Shown here in pieces: positions 34,234 to 37,827 of a stretch of 37,827 nt of DNA (positions are counted from its first letter, which is position 1; each line of letters begins with the position of its first letter). The stretch comes from a bacterium. Lineage in GTDB: Bacteria > Sysuimicrobiota > Sysuimicrobiia > Sysuimicrobiales > Kaftiobacteriaceae. The stretch spans positions 1-37,827 of the forward strand of contig JBIOWP010000153.1 in assembly GCA_044868695.1 (NCBI GenBank), written 5' to 3'. The notes under the pieces are model-generated. The model saw nothing but the letters and a program-made list of their open reading frames with translations. It did no database searches and was not told the origin of the DNA. The position numbers were made by a program, and so were the translations under genes.

Positions 34234-34743
34234 ATGCCGATGCGCATCCAGCCGCTGATCGCCATCCTCGCATATGTCGGCCTGTTTGCCCTCGCCGTGC
34301 TGGTCGGGTACGTCGGCGGCCAGGCGTTTCTTGCCCCATCGGCGTCACCGCCCCGGGCCGCCCGACCCGCTCCGGGCACACCGGAGCTGCCTCCGGTCCA
34401 GAACCCTCCCTCTCAGCCGGCGCCTGCGCCCTCGGCTCCGAAGCCGCAGGAACCCGCCGGGGCGCAGCCGTTTCCGCTGCAACCAGTGGAACCCGCCCCG
34501 GCAAACCCGCCGAGGCGCGGCGAGACGAACGTCCTGTATCGCGTGCAGGTCGGCTCGTTCATTTCAAAGGAGAACGCCGAGGTCCGCGCCGCGCAGCTGC
34601 GCACGGAGGGGTTTGACGCCTACGTCTCTCAGGCGAGCGGTCTGTACAGGGTCCAGGTCGGAGCGTTCTCGGTCCGTGAGAACGCCGAACGCCTGGCCGA
34701 GCAGCTGAAGGCGGCGGGCTATGAAGTGCTCATTACACCCTAG
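34234..34743 (+). CDS. Membrane-anchored SPOR-domain protein
   Basis: N-terminal TM, Pro-rich linker, two SPOR half-repeats YRVQVGSF..KENAE and YRVQVGAF..RENAE. Confidence 0.88.
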   Translation: MPMRIQPLIAILAYVGLFALAVLVGYVGGQAFLAPSASPPRAARPAPGTPELPPVQNPPSQPAPAPSAPKPQEPAGAQPFPLQPVEPAPANPPRRGETNVLYRVQVGSFISKENAEVRAAQLRTEGFDAYVSQASGLYRVQVGAFSVRENAERLAEQLKAAGYEVLITP

Positions 34744-34750
34744 AAGATGC

Positions 34751-34778
34751 GAATCGTGAATGGTGAATCGTGAATCGC
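34751..34778. repeat. Heptamer tandem repeat GAATCGT x4
   Basis: GAATCGT GAATGGT GAATCGT GAATCGC. Confidence 0.8.
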
Positions 34779-34792
34779 GAGAGGAGAGGGCG

Positions 34793-35095
34793 GTGGTGAA
34801 GCTCATCGCTTTGTACAAGAAGCCGGCTGATCCGCCGTCGTTCGACCGCCACTATCAGGAGACACACCTGCCGCTGGTTCGCAGGTGGCCCGGGCTGCGC
34901 AAGGTGGAGCTCGCGCGCGTGAGCGGGATGCCCGGCGGGGGCGAGCCGCCGTATTACCTGATCGCGGAGATGCACTTCGATGATCAGGATGCGCTCCGGG
35001 CGGCGATGCGGTCGCCCGAGGGGCGGGCCGCGGGGGAGGACCTCCAGCAGTTCGCTCCTGGGCTGGTGACGCTGCTGTACGCGCAGGTCGAGTAA
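34793..35095 (+). CDS. EthD-family protein
   Basis: VKLIALY..P.D...FDRHY..THLPL...PGL, AEMHF, SPEG. AGGAG RBS before GTG 34793. Confidence 0.87.
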   Translation: MVKLIALYKKPADPPSFDRHYQETHLPLVRRWPGLRKVELARVSGMPGGGEPPYYLIAEMHFDDQDALRAAMRSPEGRAAGEDLQQFAPGLVTLLYAQVE

Positions 35096-35156
35096 CGTCC
35101 GCACCCACCATATGGAATCGAGTCGCAGCCCCTGACCCCGCACCCGGGAGGAGTCC

Positions 35157-35930
35157 ATGCCGTATCAAAACATTATCGTCGCCACCCAAGAGCGCGTTGG
35201 GCTCGTCACCCTCAACCGACCAGAGGTCCTCAACGCCTTGAACCAAGCCAGCATGAATGAGCTGGTGGACGCGTTGGAGGCGTTCGATCGGGGTGATGAC
35301 ATCCGGTGCGTCGTCCTGGCCGGCAACGGACGCGCGTTCGCGGCCGGCGCCGACATCACCGAGATGGCCGGAGCCACCGCGGCGCAGATGCTGGCCGGAT
35401 ACCGGTTCCAGCAGTGGGAGCGCATCCGGAAGGTGGCCAAACCGCTCGTCGCGGCCGTACACGGTCTGGCGCTGGGGGGTGGATGCGAACTGGCGATGCT
35501 GTGCGACCTCATCGTCGCCTCCGAGACCGCGCAGTTCGGCCAGCCGGAGATCAACCTTGGCCTGATGCCCGGCGCGGGCGGCACGCAGCGCCTCACGCGC
35601 GCGATCGGCAAGCCCAGAGCGATGGAGATGATCCTCACCGGCCGGCCAGTCTCGGCCAGGCAGGCCGAGGCATGGGGGCTGGTCACGAAGGTCGTCCCGC
35701 CGGAGCTCGTGACAGACGAGGCGATGCGCCTCGCGCGCGAAATCGCGGCCAAACCTCCCATCGCGGTGCGGCTGGCGAAGCAGGCGGTCCTCAAAGCGTA
35801 CGACACACACCTCGAAGGCGGATTGGACTACGAGCGTAAGAGCTTCTACCTGCTCTTCGCAACCGAGGACCGCACCGAGGGCATCAACGCGTTCCTCGAG
35901 AAACGTCAGGCGAACTTCACGGGACGGTGA
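35157..35930 (+). CDS. paaF: Enoyl-CoA hydratase, PaaF-like
   Basis: LNRPEVLNAL, AFAAGADI, GGGCELAM, FGQPEINLG.MPGAGGTQRL, with both catalytic Glu residues. Confidence 0.8.
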   Translation: MPYQNIIVATQERVGLVTLNRPEVLNALNQASMNELVDALEAFDRGDDIRCVVLAGNGRAFAAGADITEMAGATAAQMLAGYRFQQWERIRKVAKPLVAAVHGLALGGGCELAMLCDLIVASETAQFGQPEINLGLMPGAGGTQRLTRAIGKPRAMEMILTGRPVSARQAEAWGLVTKVVPPELVTDEAMRLAREIAAKPPIAVRLAKQAVLKAYDTHLEGGLDYERKSFYLLFATEDRTEGINAFLEKRQANFTGR

Positions 35931-35936
35931 GCGAGC

Positions 35937-36716
35937 GTGCCTGACACCATCATCGTCGACCAGGACAGCGGCGTCATGACGATTACCCTGAACCGTCCGG
36001 ACGTGCTCAACGCGCTCAACGACGCCATGCTGCGGGAGTTGCATGAGGCGCTGCGTCAGGGCGGGCGAAATGCGGCGGTCCGGTGCGTGGTGCTGACCGG
36101 CGCCGGGCGGGGATTCTGCTCCGGGCAGGATCTGCGCGACCGGGCGGGAGCGGGCACGCTGCCATTCGGCGAGTCGCTCCGCAGCGGATACAATCCGGTG
36201 ATCCTGCAGATCCGGACGATGGAGAAACCCGTGATCGCGGCCGTGAATGGGGTGGCCGCGGGCGCCGGGTGCAGCCTGGCCCTGGCCGCGGATCTCCGCA
36301 TTGCGTCGGACCGGGCGAGTTTCATCGAGGTCTTCGCCCGCGTAGGCCTGGTTCCCGATTCGGGGAGCACGTATCTGCTCCCGAGGCTGGTGGGGTTGGG
36401 CAAGGCGTTCGAGCTCGCATATACGGCGGATCCCGTCGAGGCGCCGGAGGCGCTGCGCCTGGGACTGGTGAACCGGGTTGTCCCGCACGACGACCTCATC
36501 CCGCAGGCGGCGGCGCTGGCCCGGCGGCTGGCCGGCGGGCCGACGCGGGGATACGGGTTGGCGAAGCGCGCGCTCAACTTCGGTCTTCATGCGACCCTGG
36601 AACAGTCCCTGGCCTACGAAGCGTACCTACAGGAGATCGCCGGGCGCACCGCTGACTTTCGCGAGGGGGTCGGCGCGTTTCTGGAGAAGCGGCACGCGAA
36701 CTTCAAAGGCGAGTAA
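35937..36716 (+). CDS. paaG: Crotonase-family isomerase, PaaG-like
   Basis: GRGFCSGQDL, YNPVI, GVAAGAG, VGLVPDSG (Asp instead of Glu, typical of PaaG). Confidence 0.75.
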   Translation: MPDTIIVDQDSGVMTITLNRPDVLNALNDAMLRELHEALRQGGRNAAVRCVVLTGAGRGFCSGQDLRDRAGAGTLPFGESLRSGYNPVILQIRTMEKPVIAAVNGVAAGAGCSLALAADLRIASDRASFIEVFARVGLVPDSGSTYLLPRLVGLGKAFELAYTADPVEAPEALRLGLVNRVVPHDDLIPQAAALARRLAGGPTRGYGLAKRALNFGLHATLEQSLAYEAYLQEIAGRTADFREGVGAFLEKRHANFKGE

Positions 36717-36731
36717 GCGATCCGTGATTCA

Positions 36732-37827
36732 ATGACTCGTCAACTCCGGGATGCTGTGATCGTCGACGCCGTCCGCACTCCGGTCGGGCGCTACAACGGC
36801 GTGCTGCGGGAGGTGCGGCCCGACGACCTGGCCGCCCACGTGATCCGGGAACTCATCCGCCGCAGCGGCGTCGATCCGAACGCGATCGAGGACGTCATCT
36901 TCGGCGCCGCCAATCAAGCCGGCGAGGACAACCGCAACGTCGGGCGGATGGCGCTGCTGCTGGCGGGGCTGCCGGTGGCGGTCGGTGGGCAGACGGTCAA
37001 CCGCCTGTGCGGTTCGGGCATGCAGGCAATCGCCTCCGCCGCGCACGCAATCAAGGTGGGCGAGGGCGAGGTGTTCATCGCCGGCGGCGTTGAGTCAATG
37101 ACGCGCGCGCCGTTCGTCATGGCAAAATCGCAGGCTGCGTTCCCCCGGGGAGAGATCAAACTCCACGACACCACCCTCGGCTGGCGGTTCACGAACCCCC
37201 GGCTGGCCGAGATGCATACGCCGTACAGCATGGGGGAGACGGCGGAGAACGTTGCCGAGCGATTCGGGATCACGCGGCGGGAGCAGGACGAGTTTGCGCT
37301 GATCAGCCACCGCCGCGCGGCCGAGGCCATCGCGACGGGACGCTTCAAAGATGAGATCGTGCCGGTCATGATCCCGCAGCCCAGCGGGGATCCGCTCGTC
37401 GTCGATACCGATGAGCACCCTCGACCGGATACGACTCTGGAGAAGCTGGCCGCGCTGCGGCCGGTCTTCAAGAAGGACGGCACCGTCACCCCCGGCAACT
37501 CGTCCGGCATCAACGACGGCGCTGCCGGTGTACTCCTTGCATCCGCGGAGGCGGCCGAGCAGACGAATCTGCAGCCGATGGCGCGGGTGGTCGCCTCGGC
37601 GGTGGCCGGGGTGGATCCCGCCTACATGGGGCTGGGCCCGATCCCCGCCACCCGGAAGGTGCTGCAGCGCAGCGGTCTGGGGATAGACCAGATGGACGTA
37701 ATCGAGCTGAACGAGGCGTTTGCCGCCCAGGTCATTCCCTGTATCCGCGAATTGAAGATTCCCACGGAGAAACTCAATCCGAACGGCGGGGCCATCGCGC
37801 TGGGACATCCGATCGGGTTTTCGGGGG
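36732..37827 (+). CDS. Thiolase, PaaJ/PcaF-like (3' truncated by window)
   Basis: Hand-translated from ATG 36732: RTPVGRY.G....RPDDL, NQAGEDNRNVGRM, TVNRLCGSG, ELNEAFA, NPNGGAIALGHP. Confidence 0.9.
   Translation, partial: MTRQLRDAVIVDAVRTPVGRYNGVLREVRPDDLAAHVIRELIRRSGVDPNAIEDVIFGAANQAGEDNRNVGRMALLLAGLPVAVGGQTVNRLCGSGMQAIASAAHAIKVGEGEVFIAGGVESMTRAPFVMAKSQAAFPRGEIKLHDTTLGWRFTNPRLAEMHTPYSMGETAENVAERFGITRREQDEFALISHRRAAEAIATGRFKDEIVPVMIPQPSGDPLVVDTDEHPRPDTTLEKLAALRPVFKKDGTVTPGNSSGINDGAAGVLLASAEAAEQTNLQPMARVVASAVAGVDPAYMGLGPIPATRKVLQRSGLGIDQMDVIELNEAFAAQVIPCIRELKIPTEKLNPNGGAIALGHPIGFSG

Noticed and set aside
34803..36590. 595-aa minus-strand ORF
   Set aside because: Antisense to the EthD and crotonase genes, with no recognisable domain.

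Overview
High-GC bacterial chromosomal window with no mobile element or CRISPR array recognised. The gene content (T-box-controlled valS, xpt, type IV pilus cluster without pilP/pilQ) suggests a Terrabacteria lineage, possibly Armatimonadota-related (inference only). Housekeeping genes: partial copA, copZ, tRNA-Arg(UCG), xpt, tRNA-Lys(CUU), tRNA-Leu(UAG)-tig-clpP-clpX-lon, T-box-valS, and an EthD-paaF-paaG-thiolase block at the right edge. Interleaved is a type IV pilus system: pilT, two PilB/GspE ATPases with MshEN-like N-termini, pilC, a major pilin, a Wzy_C oligosaccharyltransferase-like gene, four minor pilins, pilMNO, a flippase-like gene, a Cys/His-rich-domain/PilZ fusion and a SPOR protein. 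Also present are a HEAT-repeat/degenerate HD-GYP pair, a GAF-HisKA_3 kinase, a NarL-type regulator and a stand-alone receiver. Most notable: (1) an 18-bp pseudo-palindrome at identical spacing in three promoters (candidate NarL-type pilus regulon), plus two sigma54-type promoters; (2) a ValRS with HIGT and RMSRS in place of HIGH and KMSKS; (3) several c-di-GMP-type modules of unusual architecture; (4) a PilW-like pilin with three internal repeats; (5) 7-9-nt tandem repeats, often in inverted pairs, including inside valS and pilX.
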